Assembly: GCA_963725075.1 (NCBI GenBank)
Contig: CAVRXA010000019.1
Span: forward strand, 5,825-69,824
DNA from: an uncultured Acidobacteriota bacterium
GTDB lineage: Bacteria > Actinomycetota > Acidimicrobiia > Spongiisociales > ZC4RG35
Direction: 5' to 3'
Length of the DNA stretch: 64,000 nucleotides
Each line of letters starts with the position of its first letter. The first letter of the stretch is position 1. This document shows positions 26,452 through 36,921 of this stretch, piece by piece. The translations under genes were made by a program, and so were the position numbers. The notes beneath the pieces were generated by a model that had not been told where the DNA came from, searched no databases, and saw only the letters and a program-made list of their open reading frames with translations.

Positions 26452-27660
26452 TCAACCCCTGCGCCACAGAATCCAGAGGTCGGAGACGTTTGTGCCTGTA
26501 GGCGGGCACCGGAGCAGGTCGGAGGTCCGGGCGAGATAGCCGGCGGAGTCGCATTCTCGAAGGGCGTCCGCCGTGTCACCCCCGCGGAGGATCGTGGAGC
26601 CATCGACGATTGCTCCCGCCGCCCCGGACCGGGCATCGACGCCATCGGTGGCGAAGGCGCAGAAGATGTCGTTCGAGCCGGCGAGGTGCTCGGCGGCGAG
26701 GAGGGCAGCGTGAGTTGTTCGGCCACCGGTCCCGGCTCCGGTGACGTCGAGCACGACCTCACCGGCCCCGACGGTCACACCAGGTCCGCCCAGAGCAAGG
26801 AACCGGTCGAGACAGATGCCCATCTCGCCCTGCAGCCACTCGTCGACCATGGTGACGGGAGGAGGCGCCATGCTCGCCACACCACGAGCGGCGGTGTGGC
26901 CGTCCGCCAACAGCGTGACCTGCGGGCTCGGCAGCGACAGCGGCTCCGTTGTCATCGCTTCCCACACCCCGGCCGGAATCTCAATCGACAGCCGTCTCAG
27001 GACGGCCGCCGCCGCGTCCGGGTCGTGAGCCCGCGGGATGGTCGGCCCCGAGGCCACGACCCCAGGGTCTGCGCCCGCCACGTCCGAGATTACGAACGTG
27101 TCGATTGGACGGCCGGCGGCCCGCGCCAACCCACCGCATTTGATCGCGGAGAGATGGGCTCGGACCAGGTTCAATTCCTGGATATCGGCCCCTCCGGATA
27201 TGAGTGTTCTCGTCACTTCCGAAAGAAAGCCGGCAGGCACGCCCTCTCGGGGCGATTCACAGAGAGCGGAGCCGCCCCCGGACACCAGGGCGAGGATGTC
27301 CATTTTCGGAGGCGCGCTCTGAACGGCCTCGAGAACCGCTGATCCGGCCTCGAAGCTTGCCGGCCCGGGCACCGGGTGATCGCCAATCACCAGCCTCAAT
27401 TTGTCCGGCACCGGCTCGGGATGATCGGTCACGCAGACACCGCCGACGACGTCGAGCACCGAGGCGGCGCCGCGTGCCATCGCTGCGGCCGCCTTCCCGA
27501 TGGCGATGATCAGGGCCTGGTCCCGGTGCCGTCTGGCCAACGCAGCAGCAGTGAGGGCTTCTGGCTCCACGGCACGAAGACCGGCCTCGAGCCAGCCCAG
27601 CATCTGGACACGGGCGACGGGGTCGGGGGTGAGGACCCCGGGGTCGAAACGGGTGGTCAC
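26452..27660 (-). CDS. MOFRL-family glycerate kinase (glycerate 2-kinase / TtuD-like)
   Basis: 402 aa with DUF4147 and MOFRL domains. Its start overlaps the cofC stop by 4 nt. Confidence 0.65.
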   Translation of the reverse strand: MTTRFDPGVLTPDPVARVQMLGWLEAGLRAVEPEALTAAALARRHRDQALIIAIGKAAAAMARGAASVLDVVGGVCVTDHPEPVPDKLRLVIGDHPVPGPASFEAGSAVLEAVQSAPPKMDILALVSGGGSALCESPREGVPAGFLSEVTRTLISGGADIQELNLVRAHLSAIKCGGLARAAGRPIDTFVISDVAGADPGVVASGPTIPRAHDPDAAAAVLRRLSIEIPAGVWEAMTTEPLSLPSPQVTLLADGHTAARGVASMAPPPVTMVDEWLQGEMGICLDRFLALGGPGVTVGAGEVVLDVTGAGTGGRTTHAALLAAEHLAGSNDIFCAFATDGVDARSGAAGAIVDGSTILRGGDTADALRECDSAGYLARTSDLLRCPPTGTNVSDLWILWRRG

Positions 27661-28244
27661 GTCAGATCGGCGAGCCAGGCCCCGAGCGGATGGCGACGAG
27701 CCGACTCGAGGTCGGCGAAGGTGTCGATGTCGTGAAGAAGACCCGGTGTGGCGATGATCGATGCTGCCGGGAAACGGCCGAGATGACGATGGAAACTGCC
27801 CGGGCCGTAAGCGAAGTCAGCCGGACCGCTTGCCCCCAGGGCGGACGTCCCACCGTCGGCGGATGGGGCAATGACGCTCCCGGCAACCGACAGCGCTTTG
27901 TTCAGGTCCTCCATTTCGGAAACCGTGAGAAGGGGGAGATCGGTGTGGACCACGATCCACTCACTCGGGGCCTCGGTGGCCCACTTGGCTCCAGCCAGTG
28001 CGGCGGCGTCCAACCCTTCACCTGGATCGGATATCGACGGGAAGCCGTGGAGGAGGGCCCATTCGGCTACCTCGCCATCACCGGCGACCAGGACCGGAAT
28101 CAGCCCGGCATCGACAGCCAGGGTCGCCGTCCTCTCAGCGAGGGCACGACCCAACACGGATCGAGTCTCGTCGGAGAGGCGATCTGCCATCCGACCCTTG
28201 CCCAGTCGGAAGGACTTGACGGGCAGGATGGCGACGGTTGGCAC
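27657..28244 (-). CDS. cofC: 2-phospho-L-lactate / phosphoenolpyruvate guanylyltransferase (F420 biosynthesis)
   Basis: N-terminus VAILPVKSFRLGKGRMADRL, then DLPLLTVSEMEDL, SADGGTSALGA and DIDTFADLE. These align with the conserved blocks of mycobacterial FbiD and archaeal CofC. Confidence 0.65.
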   Translation of the reverse strand: MPTVAILPVKSFRLGKGRMADRLSDETRSVLGRALAERTATLAVDAGLIPVLVAGDGEVAEWALLHGFPSISDPGEGLDAAALAGAKWATEAPSEWIVVHTDLPLLTVSEMEDLNKALSVAGSVIAPSADGGTSALGASGPADFAYGPGSFHRHLGRFPAASIIATPGLLHDIDTFADLESARRHPLGAWLADLT

Positions 28245-28269
28245 GCTACTAGTTGGTGATGCCCTTGGG

Positions 28270-28710
28270 TCAGGGAACCACCATCACCGGGACCGGAGAG
28301 TGGTGACAAAGGCGATCGGCGACACTCCCGAGCATCACGCGCTCAGCAAGCCCGGCACCTCGCTTGCCGATGACGATCAGCCCGGCCTCGCGCTCCTCGG
28401 CCACCGCAATAAGGCGCGACGTGGGGTCGCCTAGCTCCTCGACAGTCTCGTAATCCATCCCCTCTAGTGGGAGTTGCTCCTCGGTCTCCTTGATCACTTG
28501 CTGTTGTCCCTCGACGAGCGCGGCGGAAAGAGCCTCGGGAGTCGGAGGCGCCCCACCGATGCCCCACCACCCCTCAGGGGGTCTGACCACGGTGACCAGC
28601 AAGAGCTTGGCTTGCCGGGATCGGGCGATCTCGGTGGCGATCACGGCCGCGCGGGTGCTCGTCTCCGAACCGTCGACACCGACGACGATTGCTTTCGGGT
28701 TCCAATCCAT
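28270..28710 (-). CDS. Universal stress protein (UspA family)
   Basis: The start at MDWNPKAIVVGVDGSETSTRA, with the C-terminal GSVADRLCHHSPVPVMVV, gives a USP fold. A GGAGG ribosome-binding site precedes the ATG. Confidence 0.75.
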   Translation of the reverse strand: MDWNPKAIVVGVDGSETSTRAAVIATEIARSRQAKLLLVTVVRPPEGWWGIGGAPPTPEALSAALVEGQQQVIKETEEQLPLEGMDYETVEELGDPTSRLIAVAEEREAGLIVIGKRGAGLAERVMLGSVADRLCHHSPVPVMVVP

Positions 28711-28762
28711 CTGCTCTGTTACCTCCTCAGGAGACGATACGCAGGTTCGGTGATCGGCCGGT

Positions 28763-29221
28763 TCACAAGATGGTGGCGTTGAGGAGATGACCCATGGCCA
28801 GTGCCCAGGCACCGGCCACGAGATCGTCGAGGACGATGCCGGTCGCCCCAGGCATGGAGTCGGCCTGATGGACCCCCGGGAAGGGCCGCTTGGTGATGTC
28901 CACGATGCGAAACAGGACGAAAGCGATCACGGCGGCCCACCCGAGCAACCCGATGGTGGCGACGAAGACCCCTGCTGCCTCGTCGATGACGATCCAGCCG
29001 GCGTCTCCCTCCGATGAGACGACGCCTGCGGAGGCCCAGAGGGCGACGGCCGTCACCAGCACTGTCGCCGCCAACTGACCCGGCCAGCCCCACGTCTCGC
29101 CGGTGAGAAGCGCGAAGGGGAGGGCGAGCAGGCCGCCAATCGTCCCGGACCCGGCGTCCGAGCCCCGCACCCTGCGCAGGATCAAGCCGGCCCCGAACAG
29201 GGAGGCGATGAGTCGGTGCAT
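28763..29221 (-). CDS. pgpA: Phosphatidylglycerophosphatase A
   Basis: From MHRLIASLFGAGLILRRVRGSDAGSGTIGGLL to the end, the sequence has typical PgpA N- and C-terminal motifs. Confidence 0.65.
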   Translation of the reverse strand: MHRLIASLFGAGLILRRVRGSDAGSGTIGGLLALPFALLTGETWGWPGQLAATVLVTAVALWASAGVVSSEGDAGWIVIDEAAGVFVATIGLLGWAAVIAFVLFRIVDITKRPFPGVHQADSMPGATGIVLDDLVAGAWALAMGHLLNATIL

Positions 29222-29232
29222 CGGCGGCGAGG

Positions 29233-30120
29233 CTACTTCTCGCCGCCCCACCCTTCGAGGACTCGCATTGCCCTGAGGGTGTTCCACCGGCTGGGTTCGC
29301 CGACGACCTCCATCTCGAACCATGTCTCACCCGGCCAGCGTTGCTGGAGTGGCCAGCGGCCGTTCTCATCCTGTTTTCCAACCAACACGTCGATCCCGTC
29401 TTGGAGACGAGGGTCGGTCAATTGGCCGGCGGACCAGAAGTAGTCGAGCCCGCGCAGGACGTCGTAGTGCCAACGGGGAGGGAAGGAGAATCGGAGGTAC
29501 CGCCCGTCGACCACCTCGTCGGTCTGATGGGAGCGGAACATCCGATGCTGCAGAAAGAACTCCCGTCCCCGTGCCTCGGCGGCTTCGATCTCGTCGATGC
29601 CCGGGGCACCGGCGAGGGCGCATTGGCGCAGGGCCTCGAGGGCAGTGCAGGTGGTGTGAAACGAGCCGTGCCTGGACTCCTCTTCGCAGTTCCAGCCCCC
29701 GTCGGCGAGTTGGAGGTCGAGCACGTGCTCCAGGTACGGCTCACGCAGACTGTCGTCCACCTCGAACCAATAGAGGAGAGCCAGCACCATTGCAGCGACA
29801 CAGGTGTCCCTGGTGAGCCGAATTCCGAGCCCTTCCTCGATGAATAGATGACATGACTTGACGGCCCTCGGATCGGAGCCGGCCAGGCCCATCTGCCTGA
29901 GCAGCACCATGGAATAGGTGGTCGAGATCCACTTCTTGCCGTAGAGCTTGGGTGTCCACCGTCCGTCTTGGTCTTGATGCTTGAGCAGCCTCCCCCCCCA
30001 GCCCTCGGTGGCGACGCGATCCTGCTCCGGCTGCCACACGCTCTCGGTGGCACCGTCCAGATCACGAAAGGTCTGCCAGCGGATGGCCGGGTCACCCTCG
30101 AGCAACCACTCGATCTTCAT
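29233..30120 (-). CDS. Prenyltransferase/squalene-oxidase-repeat (alpha/alpha-toroid) protein, function unknown
   Basis: Repeated QxxDGxW motifs: QDQDGRW, QLADGGWN and QDENGRWP. The start is uncertain (Met at 30120 or 30147). Confidence 0.4.
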   Translation of the reverse strand: MKIEWLLEGDPAIRWQTFRDLDGATESVWQPEQDRVATEGWGGRLLKHQDQDGRWTPKLYGKKWISTTYSMVLLRQMGLAGSDPRAVKSCHLFIEEGLGIRLTRDTCVAAMVLALLYWFEVDDSLREPYLEHVLDLQLADGGWNCEEESRHGSFHTTCTALEALRQCALAGAPGIDEIEAAEARGREFFLQHRMFRSHQTDEVVDGRYLRFSFPPRWHYDVLRGLDYFWSAGQLTDPRLQDGIDVLVGKQDENGRWPLQQRWPGETWFEMEVVGEPSRWNTLRAMRVLEGWGGEK

Positions 30121-30222
30121 GGCGCGATCCTGGGCAGTTCCGGGCATGACCCGATTCAACCATCGGGGTTGGAATCGCGAATCGTTGGTTCCGCTCCGGA
30201 ACACACCAGTTAGCCTTCAGGG

Positions 30223-31138
30223 ATGGAACCGGCAAAGAAGATCTGGGTCGATGGTGACTTCGTCGATTGGGACGACGCCACCGTCCATTTTCTGTCACAT
30301 TCCCTTCAGTACGGAACCGGTGTCTTCGAGGGCATTCGCGCCTACAAGACACCCGAGGGAACCGCCGTATTCCGTCTCCACGATCACATGGTCCGGCTGG
30401 TCGCCTCGGCCCGGGCCTACGGCCTTCCGATGAAGGAGAGCGCCGAGGAGATGGATGAAGTCTGTCTCGAGCTCCTCCGGGTGAACCAGTTGGAGTCCGC
30501 CTATATCCGCCCCTTCGTCTTCTATGGATCGGGCGCCTTCGGCATCAACCCGAAGAGCAGCCCGGTGCACAACTACATGGCTGCCTTCTACCTGGGCAGC
30601 TATCTGGGCGACGACGGTGTCGAGAAGGGCATCACCACCATGGTCTCGAGCTGGCGTCGGATCTCGCACACAAGCTTCATCCCGACAGCCAAGGGCTCGG
30701 GTCAGTACCTCAACTCCGTGCTGGCCAAGCAGGAGGCTCTCCGTGCCGGGTACGACGAGGCGATCATGCTCAACGACGCCGGCCTCGTTTCCGAGGGGAG
30801 CGGGATGAACCTGTTCATCGCCAGCAAGGACGTGGTCTACACCCCGCCGGTCTCCTCGGGGATCCTCGAAGGAATCACACGCAACACGGTGATCGAATTG
30901 CTCACCGGTGAGGGTGTCGAGGTGGTCCAGGCCGACCTGGCCCGGGGGAGCCTGTACACGGCCGACGAGGTCTTCCTGACGGGAACGGCGGCTGAGGTGA
31001 CGCCGGTCCGTGAGATCGACGGACGTGTGGTCGGCGCCCGGTGAGCCCGGCCCGGTCACCCGGAAGGCACAGGACCTGTTCTCCGATTTGGTCGCGGCCA
31101 AGATCCCCGAGTACCGCCACTGGCTCAGCTTCATCTGA
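30223..31138 (+). pseudogene. ilvE: Branched-chain amino acid aminotransferase. Frameshift near 31030-31040.
   Basis: The class IV aminotransferase family extends through ...REIDGRVVGA. The adjacent frame was translated by hand and continues GEPGPVTRKAQDLFSDLVAAKIPEYRHWLSFI*, the canonical IlvE C-terminus. Confidence 0.8.
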
Positions 31139-31638
31139 TGGGCCAACAGCCCAATATCGAGTTGACGGAGGCGGACCGGCCGCGGACGGCGCTCCAACCT
31201 CCTGCGGCCCGACGCTGGCGGCCGAACATCAAGCCGGGGATCCCCACCTCGCCCGACGAGGTCCCCAGCGGGGGCAGCTTCGGGCAGACGACGCCCGACG
31301 GTGGCTGGGGGTGGCGGCTGGTGAATGCAGCAGATCTCCCCGACGACGATCCCGACCTCAAGTCCGTGGTCGCTGCCCTGACCATCGCCCGGGCCGGTGC
31401 CTTGGGCCGGGGTCCGATACCCGAGGACATCGAGGTCGCGCTGGCCCTTTGCGGATACGGATATGAGCCGTCCGAGGAGGTCCTGCAGAGGCGGGAACGC
31501 TGGAAGGCGGCGGTGCCCCACGAGGTGAGACCGGGCCAGACAGCGACAGGCGAGGTCGACCGTGACCTCATCATCCGGAAGCCCGACGACATCCGGGGCC
31601 TTCTGGCCGCCTCGGGGGCATCCGAAGAGCACCGGTAG
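31138..31638 (+). CDS. Hypothetical protein of 166 aa
   Basis: Its ATG overlaps the ilvE stop as TGATG. No motif was recognised. Confidence 0.4.
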   Translation: MGQQPNIELTEADRPRTALQPPAARRWRPNIKPGIPTSPDEVPSGGSFGQTTPDGGWGWRLVNAADLPDDDPDLKSVVAALTIARAGALGRGPIPEDIEVALALCGYGYEPSEEVLQRRERWKAAVPHEVRPGQTATGEVDRDLIIRKPDDIRGLLAASGASEEHR

Positions 31639-31648
31639 CTTTCCGACC

Positions 31649-32413
31649 ATGAAGCTCGTCCGCATCAAGGCCGGAGACGACATCGCCTACGGGGTGGCCG
31701 ATGTCGAGGGGGTGCTGGTCTATATCGGCTCGCCGTTCGTTGCCTGGGAGCCGACCGAGACGGTGGTCCCGTGGGAAACCGCCCATCTCTTGGCCCCGGT
31801 CCTGCCCTCCAAGGTGGTGGCTGTCGGTCGCAACTACGAGGATCATGCCGCCGAGCACGACGCAGCGGTCCCCGATGAGCCGATCATCTTCCTGAAGCCA
31901 GCTACATCAGTCGTCGGGCCGGACGCCAATGTGGTCCATCCGGCGATGTCGAAGAACGTCCATCACGAGGCCGAGCTGGCAGTGGTGGTCAGCCGGGTGG
32001 CGCGTCATGTCAAGGCAGAGGACGCCTCTGCCTACATCCTGGGCTACACGGCAGCCAACGACGTGAGCGCTCGCGACCTGCAGAAAAAGGACGGGCAGTG
32101 GGCCCGGGCCAAGGGGTTCGACACCTTCTGCCCTCTAGGTCCGGCTATCGAGACGGAATTGGACCCGTTGGAGAAGCTGGCAGTGATCTGCCGGGTGAAC
32201 GGGGAGGTCCGGCAGGCCGGTTTCACCTCGGACATGGTCTTCGGAGTGGCCGAACTGTTCGAGTTCGTGACCTCGGTGATGACGCTTCTTCCCGGTGACG
32301 TGATCCTCACCGGCACGCCTGCCGGTGTGAGCAAGGTGGAGCCCGGCGACCTGATGGAGGTCGAGATCGACGGGATCGGGGTCCTCCAGAATCGAGTTGT
32401 GGCGGCGAAATGA
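31649..32413 (+). CDS. Fumarylacetoacetate hydrolase (FAH) family protein
   Basis: From MKLVRIKAGDD..., with FAH-fold motifs VVAVGRNYEDHAAE, IIFLKP and GDVILTGTPAGV. Confidence 0.75.
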   Translation: MKLVRIKAGDDIAYGVADVEGVLVYIGSPFVAWEPTETVVPWETAHLLAPVLPSKVVAVGRNYEDHAAEHDAAVPDEPIIFLKPATSVVGPDANVVHPAMSKNVHHEAELAVVVSRVARHVKAEDASAYILGYTAANDVSARDLQKKDGQWARAKGFDTFCPLGPAIETELDPLEKLAVICRVNGEVRQAGFTSDMVFGVAELFEFVTSVMTLLPGDVILTGTPAGVSKVEPGDLMEVEIDGIGVLQNRVVAAK

Positions 32414-33834
32414 CGGTCCGCGTGAGGGTCGCTCCCTCGCCCACCGGGCACCTCCATGTGGGGACGGCCCGCGCAGCCCTCTTCAATTGGCTCTATGCGA
32501 GCCATCACGGCGGCACGTTCATCCTGAGGATCGACGACACCGATCGGGAGAGATCGACCGCCGCGTACGAGGAGGACATCCTGGACTCTCTTCGCTGGCT
32601 GGGGCTCGACTGGGGCGAGGGCGTCGGAGTGGGAGGGCCCCACGGCGACTACCGGCAATCCAGCCGTTACGAGCGATACCGGCAGGCGGCCGCAGACCTC
32701 GTGGCCTCGGGGGCGGCCTATTACGACAACCGCTCGCCCGACGAGCTCGAGGCGCTTCGCCGCAGAGCAGAAGAGGAGCATCTGCACCCTGGTCACTACA
32801 TAAGGCGTCCGGATGAGGCAGTCGTCGAGGGTGCTGTCAGGCTTTCGGTGCCCCAGGACCAACCGGTTGTCTTCGAGGACCTGGTGCGGGGCGAGATCAG
32901 CTTCGAGGCGCGTGACATCGACGATTTCGTGATCTTGCGCAGCGACGGCACTCCCACCTACCACCTGGCGTCGACATTGGACGATGTCGACTACGAGATC
33001 ACCCACGTCGCCAGAGGCGAGGACCTTCTTCCCTCGACCCCGAAGCACATCCTCATCACCAGGGCTCTGGGAGCCGGCGAGCCCCGGTATGCCCACCTCC
33101 CTCTTCTCTTCGGGACTGATGGGAAGAAACTGTCCAAGCGCCACGGAGCCGAGTCCTTGTCCACCTACCGCGACGAGGGGTATCTGCCCGATGCCGTCTT
33201 CAACTACCTGTCACTCCTCGGCTGGTCGATCGACGGCGACCGGACACTCTTCACGAGGGAAGAGGCGATCGCCGCCTTCGACCTGGTCGATGTCTCCCGC
33301 AATCCGGCCGTATTCGACCCCGACAAGCTGGCATGGATGAACGGGGAGTACATCCGGGCGCTGGATCCTGAGGAGTTTCGGGCCATGGCCCGGCCTCACG
33401 TGGAGGCTGCAGTCGGGCGCACCCTCGATGAAGAGGAATGGGCCCGGTTCGAGGCGGTGGCCGATCTGGTCCAGGAACGAACCCGGCTGCTGCCGGAGGC
33501 AGGCGAGCAGGTGGTGTTCTTGTTCGAGGACGTCGAGGAATACGACCTGGCGGCCTGGAACAAGGTGATGGCCAAGGACGGGGTGCCCGGGATCCTGGAG
33601 AGCGCCCAGGAGCGTCTGGCTTCCGTCAACGACTGGACCGCCGCCGACATCGAAGCTGTTCTGCGCGGGATGCTGGAGGAGATGGGCCTCGGCGCCGCCA
33701 AGGGTCTTCAACCCCTACGTGTCGCAGTGACCGGGTCCTCCGTGAGCCCTCCCCTCTTCGAATCGATGGCGGCCCTGGGCAAGGCGAAGACGCTGGCGCG
33801 TCTGGAGCAGGCGCACCGAGAGCTCGCCGGTTAG
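32410..33834 (+). CDS. gltX: Glutamate--tRNA ligase
   Basis: HIGH motif PSPTGHLHVGTARAAL and KMSKS-like KLSKR are present. 474 aa. Confidence 0.9.
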   Translation: MTVRVRVAPSPTGHLHVGTARAALFNWLYASHHGGTFILRIDDTDRERSTAAYEEDILDSLRWLGLDWGEGVGVGGPHGDYRQSSRYERYRQAAADLVASGAAYYDNRSPDELEALRRRAEEEHLHPGHYIRRPDEAVVEGAVRLSVPQDQPVVFEDLVRGEISFEARDIDDFVILRSDGTPTYHLASTLDDVDYEITHVARGEDLLPSTPKHILITRALGAGEPRYAHLPLLFGTDGKKLSKRHGAESLSTYRDEGYLPDAVFNYLSLLGWSIDGDRTLFTREEAIAAFDLVDVSRNPAVFDPDKLAWMNGEYIRALDPEEFRAMARPHVEAAVGRTLDEEEWARFEAVADLVQERTRLLPEAGEQVVFLFEDVEEYDLAAWNKVMAKDGVPGILESAQERLASVNDWTAADIEAVLRGMLEEMGLGAAKGLQPLRVAVTGSSVSPPLFESMAALGKAKTLARLEQAHRELAG

Positions 33835-33875
33835 GGGGTAGGTCCGCGCCACCCGTTAACCTGAGGTGACCGCGA

Positions 33876-33951
33876 GGTCCCGTCGTCCAGTGGCCTAGGA
33901 CGCCGGCCTTTCAAGCCGGAAACGCCGGTTCGAATCCGGTCGGGACTGCCA
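33876..33951 (+). tRNA. tRNA-Glu (anticodon TTC), CCA encoded
   Basis: Same scaffold as the tRNA at 18431 but with anticodon loop CTTTCAA, T arm GCCGG-TTCGAAT-CCGGT and a 3' GCCA. Confidence 0.75.
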
Positions 33952-33964
33952 GCCAGGAAGGCAC

Positions 33965-34492
33965 ATGTCGGCCGAGACCATCCTCGTCTTCAACAACCTC
34001 TTCGCCATCCTCACCCTGGTCGCCCTGGCCGGGGCGATCGGTCTCCTCGTCTACCGGGCGGTAAAGGGACCCGACGCCGCATCCCTGTTCGGGGACAAGG
34101 CGATCTGGATCGCATTCACCGTCGCCCTGGTGTGCACCGTGGGGTCGCTGCTGTACTCGGAGGCCTTCCACTATGTGCCCTGTCGTCTCTGCTGGTTCCA
34201 GCGCATCGCCATGTACCCGCTATCCATAGTGCTGCTGGTTGGGGCGATCCGACGCGAGGCGGTGGTCAGGTTCTACGCCCTGCCGCTCGCGCTGATCGGG
34301 CTCGCCATCTCCATCTACCACAACTTCGTCCAGTTCTTCCCCAGCCTCGAGGGTGGGTCGTGTGACCCCGACGTCCCCTGCTCGGCCCGCAGCATCGAGA
34401 TGTTCGGCTTTATGGACCTTCCGTTTATGGCCGGCGTCGGGTTTATCGTTATCGCCGTCTTACTCGCCTTCTACACGAAAGCCTCCGAATGA
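33965..34492 (+). CDS. Disulfide bond formation protein B (DsbB/BdbC family)
   Basis: Four TM helices with the PCRLCWFQR motif. It is paired with the downstream thioredoxin-like gene. Confidence 0.7.
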   Translation: MSAETILVFNNLFAILTLVALAGAIGLLVYRAVKGPDAASLFGDKAIWIAFTVALVCTVGSLLYSEAFHYVPCRLCWFQRIAMYPLSIVLLVGAIRREAVVRFYALPLALIGLAISIYHNFVQFFPSLEGGSCDPDVPCSARSIEMFGFMDLPFMAGVGFIVIAVLLAFYTKASE

Positions 34493-35145
34493 CCGCGACC
34501 AAGAAACCCAAGCCCGGTACCAAAGACGCGAAGAGCAACTCCACTTTGTGGTGGATCCTGGGTGGGATCGTCGGTCTCGGTCTGATCGTTGCCCTGGCCA
34601 TTTCGATCGCAGGCGAGGAGCCGGTCGACGACAGCATCGGTTATGGCGACCCGACCGTCACCGGAGACCCCCTGCCGGTCTATGCCGCAGGACAAGAAGA
34701 TGTGTCTGTCGGTCTCACCGCCCCCACCGTCGTAGGCGCCGACTGGGAGGGGAACCCGGTCACGATCGAGCCCGACGGGACACCCAAGATCCTCGTATTC
34801 CTCGCCCACTGGTGCCCCCACTGTCAGGCCGAGGTGCCCGTCATCCAGACATGGGTGAATGATGGCAATCTGCCCGACGACGTGGAACTGATCTCTGTCG
34901 CCACCTCGACCGATCGTCTGCGGCCCAACTGGCCGCCCCAGACCTGGCTCGAGGAGGAGGGCTGGACTGCGCCGGTGATCATGGATGATCAGATCGGGGT
35001 CGTGGCCGGAAACTATGGGATGGCCGGTACGCCCTTCTACGTCGTGCTCGATGGCGAGAACAACAATCTGGGCCGGGTGTCGGGTGAGATCGGGACCGAG
35101 GGTCTCGACGCTCTGGTCGCGCTGGCCCAGTCCGGGGGCCAGTGA
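34489..35145 (+). CDS. TlpA/ResA-like membrane-anchored thiol:disulfide oxidoreductase
   Basis: N-terminal TM anchor and a thioredoxin fold with the WCPHC active site. Confidence 0.75.
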   Translation: MTATKKPKPGTKDAKSNSTLWWILGGIVGLGLIVALAISIAGEEPVDDSIGYGDPTVTGDPLPVYAAGQEDVSVGLTAPTVVGADWEGNPVTIEPDGTPKILVFLAHWCPHCQAEVPVIQTWVNDGNLPDDVELISVATSTDRLRPNWPPQTWLEEEGWTAPVIMDDQIGVVAGNYGMAGTPFYVVLDGENNNLGRVSGEIGTEGLDALVALAQSGGQ

Positions 35146-35151
35146 CGCCGA

Positions 35152-35592
35152 TCAGGCCTCCATTGACCTGATCTTCTCCAGACGTCTCACATGCCGGTCC
35201 TCGCGCGAGAACCTCGCCTCGAGGAAGGTCGTAACCAGCTCTTCTGCCAGCGCCTCACCGATGACGCGTGACCCCAGGCTGAGCACGTTCACGTCGTCGT
35301 GCTCCACCATTTGGTGGGCGGTGTAGGTGTCGTGGGCTATCGAAGCCCTGATCCCCTGGAGCTTGTTGGCGGCGACGGCAGCCCCTGCCCCGGAGCCACA
35401 GATGAGGATGCCCCGATCGGCGCGTCCATCCAGCACGGCCTGGGCCACAGCAGCCGCATAGTCCGGGTAGTCGACCGGCTCGGCGGAATGGGTGCCCAGG
35501 TCGTACACGGCATGACCTGACTCGGCCAGCCACGTCGACAGGTGCTCCTTCAACGGATAGCCGGCGTGGTCAGAACCGAGGGCGATTCTCAT
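35152..35592 (-). CDS. rpiB: Ribose-5-phosphate isomerase B
   Basis: From [18 protein letters not shown]... to ...ILICGSGAG; the RpiB/LacAB family. Confidence 0.8.
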   Translation of the reverse strand: MRIALGSDHAGYPLKEHLSTWLAESGHAVYDLGTHSAEPVDYPDYAAAVAQAVLDGRADRGILICGSGAGAAVAANKLQGIRASIAHDTYTAHQMVEHDDVNVLSLGSRVIGEALAEELVTTFLEARFSREDRHVRRLEKIRSMEA

Positions 35593-35669
35593 CTCGGGCG
35601 GCAGAGTAGCCAGCCCGCCGGTCCCAGCCCTGCATGGGGTTGGCGCCACACCTAACTACATTCGCCTGA

Positions 35670-36921
35670 ATGTCCAAGTTGGTTGTCGAGGGCGGAGCGC
35701 GTCTCCAGGGGACTGTGGGCGTGCTGGGGGCCAAGAACGCCGTGCTCAAGGAGATGGTCTCTGCGCTCCTCGCCCCGGGCCGGCACCGTCTGACCAATGT
35801 GCCTTCGATCCTCGACGTCGGGCTGATGTGCGAGGTCCTGGAGCACACCGGGTGCCGCGTGGAACAGGGCGATCACGAGCTCTGGTTGGTGGTCCCCGAC
35901 CAGCTCCTCCCCGAGGCGCCGATAGAGCTGGTGCGACAGATGCGGGCATCGATCGTGGTGCTCGGTCCGCTCCTCGCACGATGTGGTGAGGCGCGGGTTG
36001 CTCTACCTGGCGGCGACGACCTCGGCGCCCGGCCCATCGACATGCACCTCAATGGCCTCGAGGCGATGGGTGTGGACTTCGAGCTGGTCCACGGAGAATT
36101 GGTGGGCCGGGTGGACGGCCGTTTGAAGGGGACCGAAGTCGAGCTGCCCTTCCCCTCGGTGGGTGCCACCGAGAACATGCTGTTCGCCGGCGTGCTCGCC
36201 GAAGGAGACACGGTCATCGTCAATGCCGCCCGCGAGCCAGAGATCGAAGACCTGATCACCCAGCTGACCGAGATGGGCGCCAGGATCACCGGTGGTGGCA
36301 CTTCCCTGGTGACGATTCACGGGGTGGACCATCTCTCGCCAGCCGAACACAACGTCGTCCCCGATCGGCTGGAGACCGGGACCTATGCGGCAGCCGCCGC
36401 CATCACCGGCGGCGATGTCACGGTGACCGGGTGCCTGCCGGAGCATCTCCGTATGGAGCTGAGGAAGCTCGAGGAAGCCGGTTGCGAAGTCGAGCAGGGC
36501 AACGGGTGGCTTCGGGTCAAAGGACCGGAGCGACCGGCCCCGGTGGACTTCGCCACGCTCCCGTTCCCCGGATTTCACACCGACATGCACCCTCAGATGG
36601 TCGCACTGCTTGCGGTAGCGACCGGCACCTCGGTAATCACCGAGAATCTCTACGACTCCCGATTCCGATATGTCGGCGAGCTGGCACGAATGGGCGCCGA
36701 CATCACCACCGAAGCACAGCACGCCATCATCCGGGGCGTCGAGCGGCTCTCGGGCTGCCCGGTCCTGGCGCCAGACATCCGCGCCGGGGCCGCCTTGGTG
36801 CTCGCTGGTCTTGCGGGCCGAGGGCACGACCGAGGTCGGCGAGGCGAGCCACATCGACAGGGGCTACGAGGAGTTCCCGGAGAGGCTCCGATCGCTGGGA
36901 GCGAGAATAGAGAGAGCGTGA
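35670..36921 (+). pseudogene. murA: UDP-N-acetylglucosamine 1-carboxyvinyltransferase. Frameshift near 36812-36820, an extra G in a G-run.
   Basis: ORF 35670.. has the MurA family up to ...AGAALVLAGLAG. ORF 36670..36921 in the +1 frame ends LVLRAEGTTEVGEASHIDRGYEEFPERLRSLGARIERA*, the canonical MurA C-terminus. The site reads gcgggccgag where gcg gcc gag is expected. Confidence 0.85.

Noticed and set aside
30295-31683. 462-aa minus-strand ORF
   Set aside because: It lies entirely antisense to ilvE and the downstream hypothetical, has an R/G/P-rich low-complexity sequence and no motifs. It is a GC shadow ORF.
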